Of a DNA stretch of 64,000 bases, positions 27,308 to 36,199 are shown in pieces. The translations under genes were made by a program, and so were the position numbers. Positions within the stretch are counted from its first letter, which is position 1; each line of letters opens with the position of its first letter. The notes below the pieces were generated by a model. It was not told the origin of the DNA. It was given only the letters and a program-made list of their open reading frames with translations, and made no database searches. The DNA is from a virus (Duplodnaviria; Caudoviricetes). The stretch is from IMG/VR virus record IMGVR_UViG_3300032310_000320, positions 10,432 to 74,431 of that record. One strand, 5' to 3'.

Positions 27308-27918
27308 GCCTCCACATCAAAAAAGAAGATCTGGAACAACCTTGAGGTTTCGTCGTCGTAACCAAAGTAATCCGCAGCAGCATGAATCAACTGCGCATCC
27401 CACAGCACGATACGATTGTAGACATTACCAATTAAATCCACTGTGTCCCATGCCGTTCCGTCTAAAAGTTTGTTGGCATACGTCAGATGCAGCAACGTGT
27501 TTACATCCATGTTTAAATTTCTGGCATCTGCTTCTGTGGGAGGCCGTCTAAGCTTCGTCAGCTTAGATCTTACCGTGCGCAAACCAGCTTCAAGAGGCGC
27601 ACCCGGAGTCAGAAACACGACAGCGGCATACGTCTGCATGTCAGAATGGTAAACCAGTTGATCTCCAGACGTGCAGATTTGAAACACCCCATTGTGTGGA
27701 TGCTCTGCCCAGAACGTAATGCGTTTTTGGAGAATAGCTTCAAAACGTTCTTTGATGCCCGGAAACAAGAATTGCTGGTTAGTACGCCGCCCCTTGTGAT
27801 ATTTTTCGTTGAGCTGAAACTCCTGCTGCAAAGCAAACCGGCGTACTGCATCTGGGTCTTGGTAAAAATCATCAACAACAACAACCTTAGGCGCAATTGT
27901 CGGATTCAGTTGGAACAC
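27304..27918 (-). CDS. 2OG-Fe(II) oxygenase (DUF6445-like)
   Basis: VVDDFYQDPDAVR; HSD; NRIVLWDAQLIHAA; RLFQIFF (HxD...H...R). Confidence 0.82.
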   Translation of the reverse strand: MFQLNPTIAPKVVVVDDFYQDPDAVRRFALQQEFQLNEKYHKGRRTNQQFLFPGIKERFEAILQKRITFWAEHPHNGVFQICTSGDQLVYHSDMQTYAAVVFLTPGAPLEAGLRTVRSKLTKLRRPPTEADARNLNMDVNTLLHLTYANKLLDGTAWDTVDLIGNVYNRIVLWDAQLIHAAADYFGYDDETSRLFQIFFFDVEA

Positions 27919-28048
27919 AAGGCCCCCTACTCTTTAATGTTCATAGTCACAAACACACCCAGAAAAAAGCATAGCGTACACGACACCGCATCAATAGAGT
28001 GTCTTATCAAATCGTGCAAATTTTGGTCAAAGTTGAAATGCCCAAACA

Positions 28049-29290
28049 TCAGTCAACACCCAAGAACGAAGCGATGTTGCTAGCGGCATTAGCGGCCGTA
28101 ACACTACCAACGCGGGCAAGCTTAGATAGGGTTTCACGGGGTGGCTCAAGATCACCAATCAAGGTGTAACACTGGATGCCCGAATCGTCATACCCTGTGT
28201 AGATGCCTCTGTGCAAAACAGTCGCAGGTTTCTCGGGATATCCACTACCTAATAGCTGATCCAATTGCTCAAATCCCGACATGAGGTAATCATCGGAAAA
28301 GGTCTGCTGTACTTCGGGACTGGTAACAAAGACACAGACACCCTTCTTACCTCGCCGCAGATCACAGGCTGACAAGACATTGTTGGCCAGCTCGTCTCTA
28401 ATGACGCTGCGCACATCAGCAGGCGACGATACCTTGTTGGGATCGATGTAGGCTGAACCCATGACAAGGATGCCCGAGTCAAGAAGCTGGAAGAATTCGC
28501 TCTGGTCAAACGTTACAAGGCCCTTACGATTAGCCGCGTAGTAATTGAAGACGTTGAACAGTTCCGCCACTACAGAGTTAGCCTTGGGATAAAGATCAGC
28601 CATGGAAGACGAGTAAATGTTTTTGACTCTGGCGTTGTCAATCACAATCAAAGGACTGACCTTGGCAGCCATCAGTTCAGAAAACGCTTGAATGGCATTG
28701 CGGCACGTCAATTGGCCTTCGCCCGGTTGTGGCAATGAAACGATGGCGCCTACACGAGTATCTTCTCCCGTGGTCTGTGCCATGTGCTTGCGAGCTAACG
28801 CTACGAGGCTGGAGCTCATGCCTCCACCTGTACCACCACCGAGACCCGCGCAGATCAGAATGCAATCTAAAGGGCCGGAACCCCATGCCCTAAACAACAA
28901 GTCCCTTACGTCTGCGTCTCGGCTAGCCAAAACTTGCTTGGCCAACTTCATATCCTTGGATGCTCCGCCCACGTCCAAAGACAGTTTGGGCATCTCAGCA
29001 TCTAGGCCATCAAAGTCGTTTACCGTGGTATTGAGAACACCTACACGTCGATATCCCAAGGCCCAGAATGCTTGAGCAATACGACCACCTGCCTGACCAC
29101 ATCCCAACACGCCGATACGTGCTGCGACAGGGAAATACAAATTATCTTCAATTGGAGCTACTTGTTTAGTCGCTTGCTTAGATTGCGCCACAGATGTTGT
29201 CAGCGCAATGTTGCCGGGACGAGACGGCATAGGAGGACCAGATGGCTTCAATTGTTCCGCAGCGTTCAGAGACTTGGAAAAATCAGACAT
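28049..29290 (-). CDS. Tubulin/FtsZ-family GTPase (TubZ/PhuZ/CetZ-like)
   Basis: IGVLGCGQAGGRIA; LNT; AGLGGGTGGG signature; IVIDN; FDQSE. Confidence 0.9.
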   Translation of the reverse strand: MSDFSKSLNAAEQLKPSGPPMPSRPGNIALTTSVAQSKQATKQVAPIEDNLYFPVAARIGVLGCGQAGGRIAQAFWALGYRRVGVLNTTVNDFDGLDAEMPKLSLDVGGASKDMKLAKQVLASRDADVRDLLFRAWGSGPLDCILICAGLGGGTGGGMSSSLVALARKHMAQTTGEDTRVGAIVSLPQPGEGQLTCRNAIQAFSELMAAKVSPLIVIDNARVKNIYSSSMADLYPKANSVVAELFNVFNYYAANRKGLVTFDQSEFFQLLDSGILVMGSAYIDPNKVSSPADVRSVIRDELANNVLSACDLRRGKKGVCVFVTSPEVQQTFSDDYLMSGFEQLDQLLGSGYPEKPATVLHRGIYTGYDDSGIQCYTLIGDLEPPRETLSKLARVGSVTAANAASNIASFLGVD

Positions 29291-29293
29291 GTC

Positions 29294-29662
29294 TTACTCC
29301 GCAGACTTGGGTTGTTGTGGCTTCGTCCGTCCATACCTGTACGGATCCTGCCTAGCACCCTGACCTTCCATAATGTCCTTGTGGGCATTCTGGATGTTTG
29401 AGCCGGTAGCTGGTACCGTCTGTGACATTATTGTGAGCTTGGCTTGTTTGACAAGCATATCTGCGGCCATGCGTCCTAAGTCTGCGGCAGTGACAACTTT
29501 AGAAGGATTGATTTTAGTTAACATCTTTGAAACACCAGAAATTGTATCAGCTGGCGTCCTATCGCGGCGAATTTTATCTAGACCCTTGGTGACTTCTTCA
29601 ATCTGACGATCTGAAGCTTCGTCTTCAACTGGATCATATTTCTTTACGCGTTTGCGTGGCAT
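29294..29662 (-). CDS. Probable virion protein with TAADLG motif
   Basis: Start MPRKRVKK after AAGGAG. Confidence 0.65.
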   Translation of the reverse strand: MPRKRVKKYDPVEDEASDRQIEEVTKGLDKIRRDRTPADTISGVSKMLTKINPSKVVTAADLGRMAADMLVKQAKLTIMSQTVPATGSNIQNAHKDIMEGQGARQDPYRYGRTKPQQPKSAE

Positions 29663-29669
29663 GTGCAAC

Positions 29670-29684
29670 TCCTTATAAGTACTT
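29670..29684 (-). promoter_or_regulatory. Candidate late-promoter motif AAGTACTTATAAGGA
   Basis: 14/15 identical to the copies at 26101 and 34776. Confidence 0.55.
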
Positions 29685-30737
29685 TTACGGTGCCAACAAA
29701 TCACACCACGTATCGTTAAACTTAGACGGCGTGTCGTCGGATTGTACGGCCATTGTCTCAAAAATCTTCTCTTGAGAAAACGCTAAGGCTGCGTATTTCA
29801 CAAAATTGGACGTGTCGTGAATAGCCGCCGGAGCTTGCATCCAATTAGTTTTAACCTCACACGGTACTAAAACACCTGTCTCGTCGTTTCTGATAATTTC
29901 GTTGAATGGCGCAATGTCCCAAGCCAACACGGGACAACCACAAGCTAAAGCCAAGTTTGCAAATGTACCAAAATTGGATTTGCGAGACGCTAGCCACACC
30001 CAATCGTGGTTGTGAAAATCACTAGCGACGTTTTCCAGTGATGGCATTGAACGGAAAATCAACCTTGCGGGAAAATCTCGAAGCAGGTTTCTTATGGTTT
30101 GTTTGTCAGCAGGCGTAAACGACTTGGAATGCAATACGGTAAATTCCAAATGCCCGTGTGAATTAAGAAGCTCGTCTAATGCCGTCAAGATAAAATTGGC
30201 GCTGTTGCTTACTGCGTCAGAATCGACAACAACACATACCTTGATGCAGTTCTTGCGCACGCGTCCTTTTCGTTTAGTCGTAGGCATCCGCGTATCCCAA
30301 GGCATCTGAATCAATTTCTTGGTGCGCACTTTACCGTAAACACACTGAGTAAATGTTTTTTTAATTGTCGTAGTTGGTACCACACAATAATCAAAAAACG
30401 ATTGAATTGAGGCGACAGAATCTACACGCGTTGAATGCCAAAGAGGTACCAAGATCTGAGTACACTTCTTGGCAATAGTTTTACGGTAGTGCTTAATCAT
30501 GTTGATGTATTCGGGGTCAACACCGATGTGCACGATAGATGTGGCAGACAAGATCGCCGGCAACAGATTGATGCGTGACAGAACATGCGTATCCCAGAAG
30601 GGAGAAGCCACGCCTGCCTTTGGGCCATTAGGCAAAATGAATACTTCTCTGTTGGCTGTTTCAAGCGCAGCTTGGGCTACGCGCAACGCAGTAAAAGTAG
30701 TTTCATCTCGGCGATACGGGCTGTAGATGTAGATCAT
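29685..30737 (-). CDS. GT4-family (GT-B) glycosyltransferase
   Basis: SNFGTFANLALACGCPVLAWD...IIRNDETGVLV; canonical E-x7-E not obvious; start couples to the upstream stop (ATGA). Confidence 0.75.
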   Translation of the reverse strand: MIYIYSPYRRDETTFTALRVAQAALETANREVFILPNGPKAGVASPFWDTHVLSRINLLPAILSATSIVHIGVDPEYINMIKHYRKTIAKKCTQILVPLWHSTRVDSVASIQSFFDYCVVPTTTIKKTFTQCVYGKVRTKKLIQMPWDTRMPTTKRKGRVRKNCIKVCVVVDSDAVSNSANFILTALDELLNSHGHLEFTVLHSKSFTPADKQTIRNLLRDFPARLIFRSMPSLENVASDFHNHDWVWLASRKSNFGTFANLALACGCPVLAWDIAPFNEIIRNDETGVLVPCEVKTNWMQAPAAIHDTSNFVKYAALAFSQEKIFETMAVQSDDTPSKFNDTWCDLLAP

Positions 30738-31540
30738 TGTCGTGTCCAATCGCCTTTGTTGTAACGCGGTCCTCGCGTCACCGAGCGATAGTGGAACACA
30801 TAGCTCGATAGCGCTACGCCTGATTTTAACCCAAGCTTGTGCCATCTTGCTTGTAATTCGTATTCTTGTAAAGTCATGGCCGGTGTTGGATTAGGTTGAC
30901 CCTTACTGTTAAACGGATTTGAATCCCTGAATGGCTGATCCACGGTATACATATTGTTCTGCCATGTGGACGCTTTAGCCATCATGCAAAAACCATTAAG
31001 TGTCATGTCTTTTACTTTTGTGGAATGCTTTGCGAGCAGTTCGTTCTGCACGACATCTATAGCCGTGATGTCAGGACCTCGGTAATTGTCAGAGTACAGT
31101 TTAATGTATTGATTTTCTTCCGTGCCCGGAGCATTGGTGACAGGACCAACCAAATCTAACCGATTGCTTTTAAGCGCCGATATCATGCCTATGTCGTAAG
31201 ACTTGGGGAATACCACATCACTGTTAGTCACGCATATATAAGAAAAAGTGGAATTCCTAATAGCGGCAAGGATACCCGCATTCCACGTTTTAGTAAGCCC
31301 AACGTTTTCACAATTAACAAGTAAACGCAAACGTCTAGGATACTTTTCCGCAAGCGACCTGACGATGCTATTGGGTACGTGCTCCCCGGTAGCATCTCTC
31401 TCGTGAAAATCAGGGCTGGCATCATCTACAAGAAAGACATGCGCCTCGACAGCAAATGCCGACTCTATGGCTGAGGTCACTGCCTTGGCCGCATAATCAA
31501 ATTTACCGTAGGTGGGAATGATTACGCATAAGCGATCCAT
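30734..31540 (-). CDS. GT2-family glycosyltransferase
   Basis: VIIPTY; VDDAS; NVGLTKTWNAG; TNSD; YVFH. Confidence 0.88.
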   Translation of the reverse strand: MDRLCVIIPTYGKFDYAAKAVTSAIESAFAVEAHVFLVDDASPDFHERDATGEHVPNSIVRSLAEKYPRRLRLLVNCENVGLTKTWNAGILAAIRNSTFSYICVTNSDVVFPKSYDIGMISALKSNRLDLVGPVTNAPGTEENQYIKLYSDNYRGPDITAIDVVQNELLAKHSTKVKDMTLNGFCMMAKASTWQNNMYTVDQPFRDSNPFNSKGQPNPTPAMTLQEYELQARWHKLGLKSGVALSSYVFHYRSVTRGPRYNKGDWTRQ

Positions 31541-31557
31541 GCTTACCTCGAATTAAC

Positions 31558-32217
31558 TTAAACTGCGGGAGAAGACGTTGGTGGCGGTGGTGGCGCTGGC
31601 ACCGGTTTTGGTACCGGTCGCGTTATAGTACGCTTTATCGTATGTCCGGGAATAGTGTCGGTATCGTCATATGTGACTTGTTCTTGCGGATGCGCCGCAG
31701 GAGGTTCTGGTAATTTGGGTGCGGGCGGTGCGGGTAATTTTGGTGCTGCTTGTGTTGTGGTACGCCTTATCGTACGTCCCGGATAAGTTGTATCATCGTC
31801 GTATGTCAAGCCTTCAACAGGTTGCGGACTTGGCGCTGGAGGTGGCGGTGCTTTGGGCTGGCGTGCTGGATATGCTCCAACAGGAGATTTATAACTTTGT
31901 CTACTTCTTGATAAAAACTCTTCAATAGGGTCATTACTAATTGCTTTTTCGCGGTCCGCCTGTACCTTTGCGCGATGTGCATTTATTTCTGCTGGATCGG
32001 TGGTGCCCGTGGTCCGTCTTATTCTAAAACCCGGAATAGTTGTATCGTCAGCATATGTTACCTCTTCCCGTGGAACAGTTCGTGACGGCATCGGAGGTTC
32101 CGGCGCTGCTGATTTAAACAAAGCCGACCCAGTACCTAATTCAAACGCTGTTTTTGTTTGCGCAATATGCTTGCGTGCAACCGCTACACCAAGATCGTAA
32201 GCAGTTACAATTTTCAT
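31558..32217 (-). CDS. Pro-rich protein with three internal repeats and TAYDLG N-terminal motif
   Basis: 3x [EQG][VL]TYxDxxTxPGxxIxRT separated by Pro linkers. Confidence 0.7.
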   Translation of the reverse strand: MKIVTAYDLGVAVARKHIAQTKTAFELGTGSALFKSAAPEPPMPSRTVPREEVTYADDTTIPGFRIRRTTGTTDPAEINAHRAKVQADREKAISNDPIEEFLSRSRQSYKSPVGAYPARQPKAPPPPAPSPQPVEGLTYDDDTTYPGRTIRRTTTQAAPKLPAPPAPKLPEPPAAHPQEQVTYDDTDTIPGHTIKRTITRPVPKPVPAPPPPPTSSPAV

Positions 32218-32321
32218 AGCAGCTTACTCACAATAAATAAAATTAATTTACTTAAAACGCCGGACATGCTTCGTATTGTACGGCATGCCCGGCGTTTTAA
32301 AGAAAAGCTAGAACTTAATGT

Positions 32322-32837
32322 TTAATCTGAGTCAACAGAGTTACCCAAATCGTTTTGACGTTCAAGTTCCTCGGCCCGACGCCGTTGCATTTCAAGTGCA
32401 TGCGCATTTGAAGGTTTTTGCGTATCCAACGATCTTGGTATTGCCGCTTGACGGTGATATTCCCTAATTTTGGCAACCGCAGGATCAACTGGACGCGGCG
32501 GCACGGGAGTTGGACGCAACGGATCTGGTCGTTGCGCAATCTCAGCTAATCTAAGATCCCTGTGATGTTTGTTAACGGGATTATTTCCTGAGGGTTTAAA
32601 CGGGATCGTAGTATTGGGTTTAGACCCTTGCAGTTCTGCGGGCGGGCCGACAAATTTATTAGGTTGCCATGCATTTGCTGGATCTTGCGTAGCTTTATTA
32701 AACTGTGAAAACATGTTTAAATTTGCCGATGGTTTTGCTGGAGCCTGAGGTCCTAGCAAAGGACCGTTCATAGCCGTCTTCTCAAACACAGATCTACTTG
32801 CTAATGCACCCAAATCAAACGCCGTCATAGTACGCAT
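32322..32837 (-). CDS. Pro-rich probable virion protein with TAFDLG motif
   Basis: Start MRTMTAFDLG after AAGGAG. Confidence 0.65.
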   Translation of the reverse strand: MRTMTAFDLGALASRSVFEKTAMNGPLLGPQAPAKPSANLNMFSQFNKATQDPANAWQPNKFVGPPAELQGSKPNTTIPFKPSGNNPVNKHHRDLRLAEIAQRPDPLRPTPVPPRPVDPAVAKIREYHRQAAIPRSLDTQKPSNAHALEMQRRRAEELERQNDLGNSVDSD

Positions 32838-32847
32838 ATCTATCTCC

Positions 32848-34767
32848 TTATTGTGGAGGTGGTGCTCCACCGCCTTGTTGTGCCATAGCCGCACCATTTG
32901 CGGCATTTGTCTTTGTCTCGCGCCGCATCTGAGTCATGCGCTCTTTAACCAGCGCATGCATCGTAGGATTGGCCTGCTTCAACTTACGCAGTTCCGAATC
33001 CTTAACACCTTCAGGGATACCGAGCAACTGCTGCGCAATACTGTCCGCAGCTGCCATCATATCCTGAGGCGTCTGTTGTACGTTAGGTCCTGTTGCCGCC
33101 AGATACTGCGTAACAGGTCCTTGAGGCATACCACCCTGCGAAGGATCACCACCGGGAGGAGCAGCGCCGCCTTGAGGAGGAGCACCGCCGGGAGGAGCAG
33201 CGCCACCTTGAGCCGGATCGCCTGTCTGACCTTTGGCGATCTGCTGCGCAAATCCCTGCTGTTCCATTTCTTCCTGCATCCGAGATTGCGTTTCGGACTG
33301 GAACCGTGCTTCTTCCGCAATTTGCTTCTGTTCTTGGCGCCAGTCGTAACCCATGTCGCGCAACACAGTGGAACCCGACAACTGCTGAGACATCATCATC
33401 TGCGCAGCCATCATTTGCTTTTCGAGGTTGTCCGCAATCGTGATCCTCTTGAGAGACGTCTTGACCGTTTCCCACGAGCGGATACGACTGATTTCCGAAG
33501 TCAACCAACGCAAAAACTTGTTGGCGTCATTGACCAACGGATGGTGAGTAGCCTCAAACAACCTCAGAGCCACAGGAGCAGTCTGAAGTTGGAGACTACC
33601 ATTGTACAATTCCACAGGAGTACCGCAGTCATTCAAAAGGCGTTCATAGCCTTGAGCGATAAGATCTGTCGGAGCCAGTTGCTTGGCGTCGGCACCAAAC
33701 ATCTGGAAATTAACAGGGAATGGGAAAACTTGAATCGAGGCTGGGTCTCTGCGCCTGCGTCTAATCATTTGCAGAGCTTGGTTACGGAAGTCACCTCCGT
33801 CATACATCATCAGAGGATCGCTTGCGCCACCTGAAGGACCACCTGCGCCTTGTCGTGGCTGTGGTGTGATGATCCTAAAAGGAATGACGTAATCAAGAGC
33901 AATGGCTTCGTTGAATCTGTGCAAAACCTGTACGTACCAGATCTGCCTGAAGTTGGACAACAACCTTGGAATGCCCCAACCACGATTGATCATTCCCGAA
34001 AGAGTTGGTTCTTTCATGTGGTAAATAGCGTCAGGATGGAAACGGAATACTTGGTTGTGCTGAACGGCTTTCAACACTTCCATGTCCACGCGCTCTAAGT
34101 GAAACAGATTACCCTGTCGGATCTGGCGCCTATAGTCTTCGGGGATACGCCAGATGTAATGCACGTCTTCGGTGTAGAGATCATGCAGCAATTCAATTTC
34201 GTGTACGTTCCAGTGCTTGACCTTGATCTTGGTTTCGTCTTTCTCGTCCTTAACTTTCCACGGACCTCTGTAAGATTCTTTGCCCCGGGTCTTGCACACA
34301 GGACACGAGGCTATGAAGTCAGGCATCGACCATGAGAAATTAAAAACCTTATTCTCAAAGATTTCCTTGAGTGGCGCTTGGTATCCACACTTGGGACAAC
34401 TTAGAAACCTACGGAAAGGAACAACGACACTACTGAAACCGTTGCCATAGCACATACGATTGCGCAAGGCCTTTTGGATCTCACCAATAATGTCCAAGTC
34501 ATCTCTAAGGTATTCTTCCCACTTAGTTCTTTCGTCTTCAGAAGCTCCGTCGATAATGACATCTGTAAGGAAGTAACTGATGATGCGTTCCATGGCCATA
34601 CGATAGGTGCCATGGTAATTCCAAATAAACTCACACCAGTACAACGCTGATCTGATGTTTTGGGGAATGGAGAGACTGGCTACGTCCATGAACGGATCTG
34701 GAAACTCAGCGCCACCGCCAAGTCCCGAGAAACGTGTGAACTGCCCACGCATCAACGCCGAAGTCAT
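32848..34767 (-). CDS. Probable portal protein with CxxC...CxxC insert and Gly/Pro/Gln-rich tail
   Basis: Size 639 aa; CYGNGF, IYHMK...GWGIP and coiled-coil C-terminus are portal-like; structural-gene context. Confidence 0.6.
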   Translation of the reverse strand: MTSALMRGQFTRFSGLGGGAEFPDPFMDVASLSIPQNIRSALYWCEFIWNYHGTYRMAMERIISYFLTDVIIDGASEDERTKWEEYLRDDLDIIGEIQKALRNRMCYGNGFSSVVVPFRRFLSCPKCGYQAPLKEIFENKVFNFSWSMPDFIASCPVCKTRGKESYRGPWKVKDEKDETKIKVKHWNVHEIELLHDLYTEDVHYIWRIPEDYRRQIRQGNLFHLERVDMEVLKAVQHNQVFRFHPDAIYHMKEPTLSGMINRGWGIPRLLSNFRQIWYVQVLHRFNEAIALDYVIPFRIITPQPRQGAGGPSGGASDPLMMYDGGDFRNQALQMIRRRRRDPASIQVFPFPVNFQMFGADAKQLAPTDLIAQGYERLLNDCGTPVELYNGSLQLQTAPVALRLFEATHHPLVNDANKFLRWLTSEISRIRSWETVKTSLKRITIADNLEKQMMAAQMMMSQQLSGSTVLRDMGYDWRQEQKQIAEEARFQSETQSRMQEEMEQQGFAQQIAKGQTGDPAQGGAAPPGGAPPQGGAAPPGGDPSQGGMPQGPVTQYLAATGPNVQQTPQDMMAAADSIAQQLLGIPEGVKDSELRKLKQANPTMHALVKERMTQMRRETKTNAANGAAMAQQGGGAPPPQ

Positions 34768-34775
34768 GCTGCCAT

Positions 34776-34790
34776 TCCTTATAAGTGCTT
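34776..34790 (-). promoter_or_regulatory. Candidate late-promoter motif AAGCACTTATAAGGA
   Basis: 8 nt upstream of the portal-candidate ATG. Confidence 0.55.
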
Positions 34791-34796
34791 ATTGAA

Positions 34797-34973
34797 TTAC
34801 TTGCGGCGGCAGGCATCCGCAGCTTCGTCCATCAACCGGGAAGCTATGTGCTGATCCACGGCGGACTCGGCTTGCTTCTCTGTAGAACAAGCACTGCCAC
34901 ATTTACCCGAACAACCCTTTTGGATGGGACTGTCGGGTGTCTGCTCAGTAATAATACCGCGCTTTTCAATCAT
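34797..34973 (-). CDS. Small 58-aa protein absent from the ORF track
   Basis: GGAG RBS; MIEKRGIITEQ...GCSGKCGSACSTEKQAES...DACRRK*; fills the intergenic gap. Confidence 0.6.
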   Translation of the reverse strand: MIEKRGIITEQTPDSPIQKGCSGKCGSACSTEKQAESAVDQHIASRLMDEAADACRRK

Positions 34974-34985
34974 GACAGGACTCCA

Positions 34986-36068
34986 TCAATCATCTACATC
35001 TTCAACGTCATCTTTATCTACTGTAACAAGGATGATGCAGTCAAACACGCCGAACGCAAACTTAAGCCCGAAATACTTGGTGTCGTATATGGTGTCCTTC
35101 TCCTTAGTCTTGTTGGGCTTGGGTGCCGGAACAATGACTTTGAGAGGCAAACCATCGGGATGTGTTTCGTGATTGTAGGGTGGGCAAAACTGTTGGCCGT
35201 CAGCGTAGCGCGTGTCATATACAAGGACCACGCAGCCATCTCCGGCAAAAATACCGTGGAACCAAGTAGACATAGACCCAAAACCGGGGAGCTCGATAAA
35301 GACCTGAGTCTTGGCCTTTTGAGGATTAGGCCCAGTCACGAAAGGAATTTCCAAAGCCTCGTAACCCATGCTGCCACTTACGTCTGGTGCATCTTCTGAC
35401 ATGACAGGCTCCTCAGGTGTAACGATCTTTTTAACAGGGGAAGGCGCTGATTCGGATCTGGGCATGTTGGCTTGCATCATGGCTGCAAGTTGAGAAACTT
35501 GCGCCATAAGTTGAGCCATGACTAATTGATTGGGATCAGTAGCCGGAGCAGCTTGAGGTAAAGGTGCGGGTCCGCCGATAGGTGGCAACACCGGTTCCAT
35601 GTTTGTCGTGGCATTGGCAGGAATGACATAGGCTTCGGGACTACCTTCACTATCGGCCTTGGGCACGATGTAGGTATTGGGCATCAAGTGGTTTGCCCTG
35701 TCCGCTTTGGCCGCTGGTTTTTTAGTGGCCAATTTCTTGGATGCACTGAGTTCAGCAAAGATCTTGACGGGATCTTCTGCACCGTGCTTAGCGAATACAC
35801 GTTGATATGTGGCTTTGTCAATGTTGGCTAAATCCACGACAATGTTGCCACCCTTCTCGTCAGGGTCCACGCAAACAACATCAGGAACGTTGTGATCAAA
35901 GCCTTTACTGCGTCCGTCATTCTTGCCGTAAGAACCGGGAATGACAGCGTAATCTCCCGTAATACCGCCCCCAAGCAAATACCTTTGTCTATCATCCGGC
36001 TGATGATAATGCGCGTCATCAGGGGTGAAACGCTTGGTACCCTCAGGCAACACCATCGGATCAGACAT
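34986..36068 (-). CDS. Hypothetical protein (Pro/Ala-rich linker)
   Basis: 360-aa ORF with GGAG RBS and own promoter. Confidence 0.75.
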   Translation of the reverse strand: MSDPMVLPEGTKRFTPDDAHYHQPDDRQRYLLGGGITGDYAVIPGSYGKNDGRSKGFDHNVPDVVCVDPDEKGGNIVVDLANIDKATYQRVFAKHGAEDPVKIFAELSASKKLATKKPAAKADRANHLMPNTYIVPKADSEGSPEAYVIPANATTNMEPVLPPIGGPAPLPQAAPATDPNQLVMAQLMAQVSQLAAMMQANMPRSESAPSPVKKIVTPEEPVMSEDAPDVSGSMGYEALEIPFVTGPNPQKAKTQVFIELPGFGSMSTWFHGIFAGDGCVVLVYDTRYADGQQFCPPYNHETHPDGLPLKVIVPAPKPNKTKEKDTIYDTKYFGLKFAFGVFDCIILVTVDKDDVEDVDD

Positions 36069-36100
36069 GCGTTAAATACTCCACAAGGTTAATAGCTGCA

Positions 36101-36129
36101 AGTGTATGAAGGAAGGGGTTTTGGTACAA
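36101..36129 (-). promoter_or_regulatory. sigma70-like promoter
   Basis: TTGTAC-N17-TACACT just after T8. Confidence 0.55.
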
Positions 36130-36141
36130 GTTCGGTTCTCT

Positions 36142-36191
36142 GATAGCTAAAAAAAAGACTAGGACACCCGGGAGTTACCCGGATGTCCTAG
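36142..36191 (-). terminator. Cassette terminator T8 (internal mismatch, U8, AGCTATCAGAG)
   Basis: CTAGGACA / TGTCCTAG outer stem, CCGGG/CCCGG inner stem. Confidence 0.85.
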
Positions 36192-36199
36192 CCTAAACA

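Noticed and set aside
33152-33215. 36-bp-period DNA repeat
   Set aside because: Explained by the GGAAPPGG low-complexity coding tail of the portal candidate.
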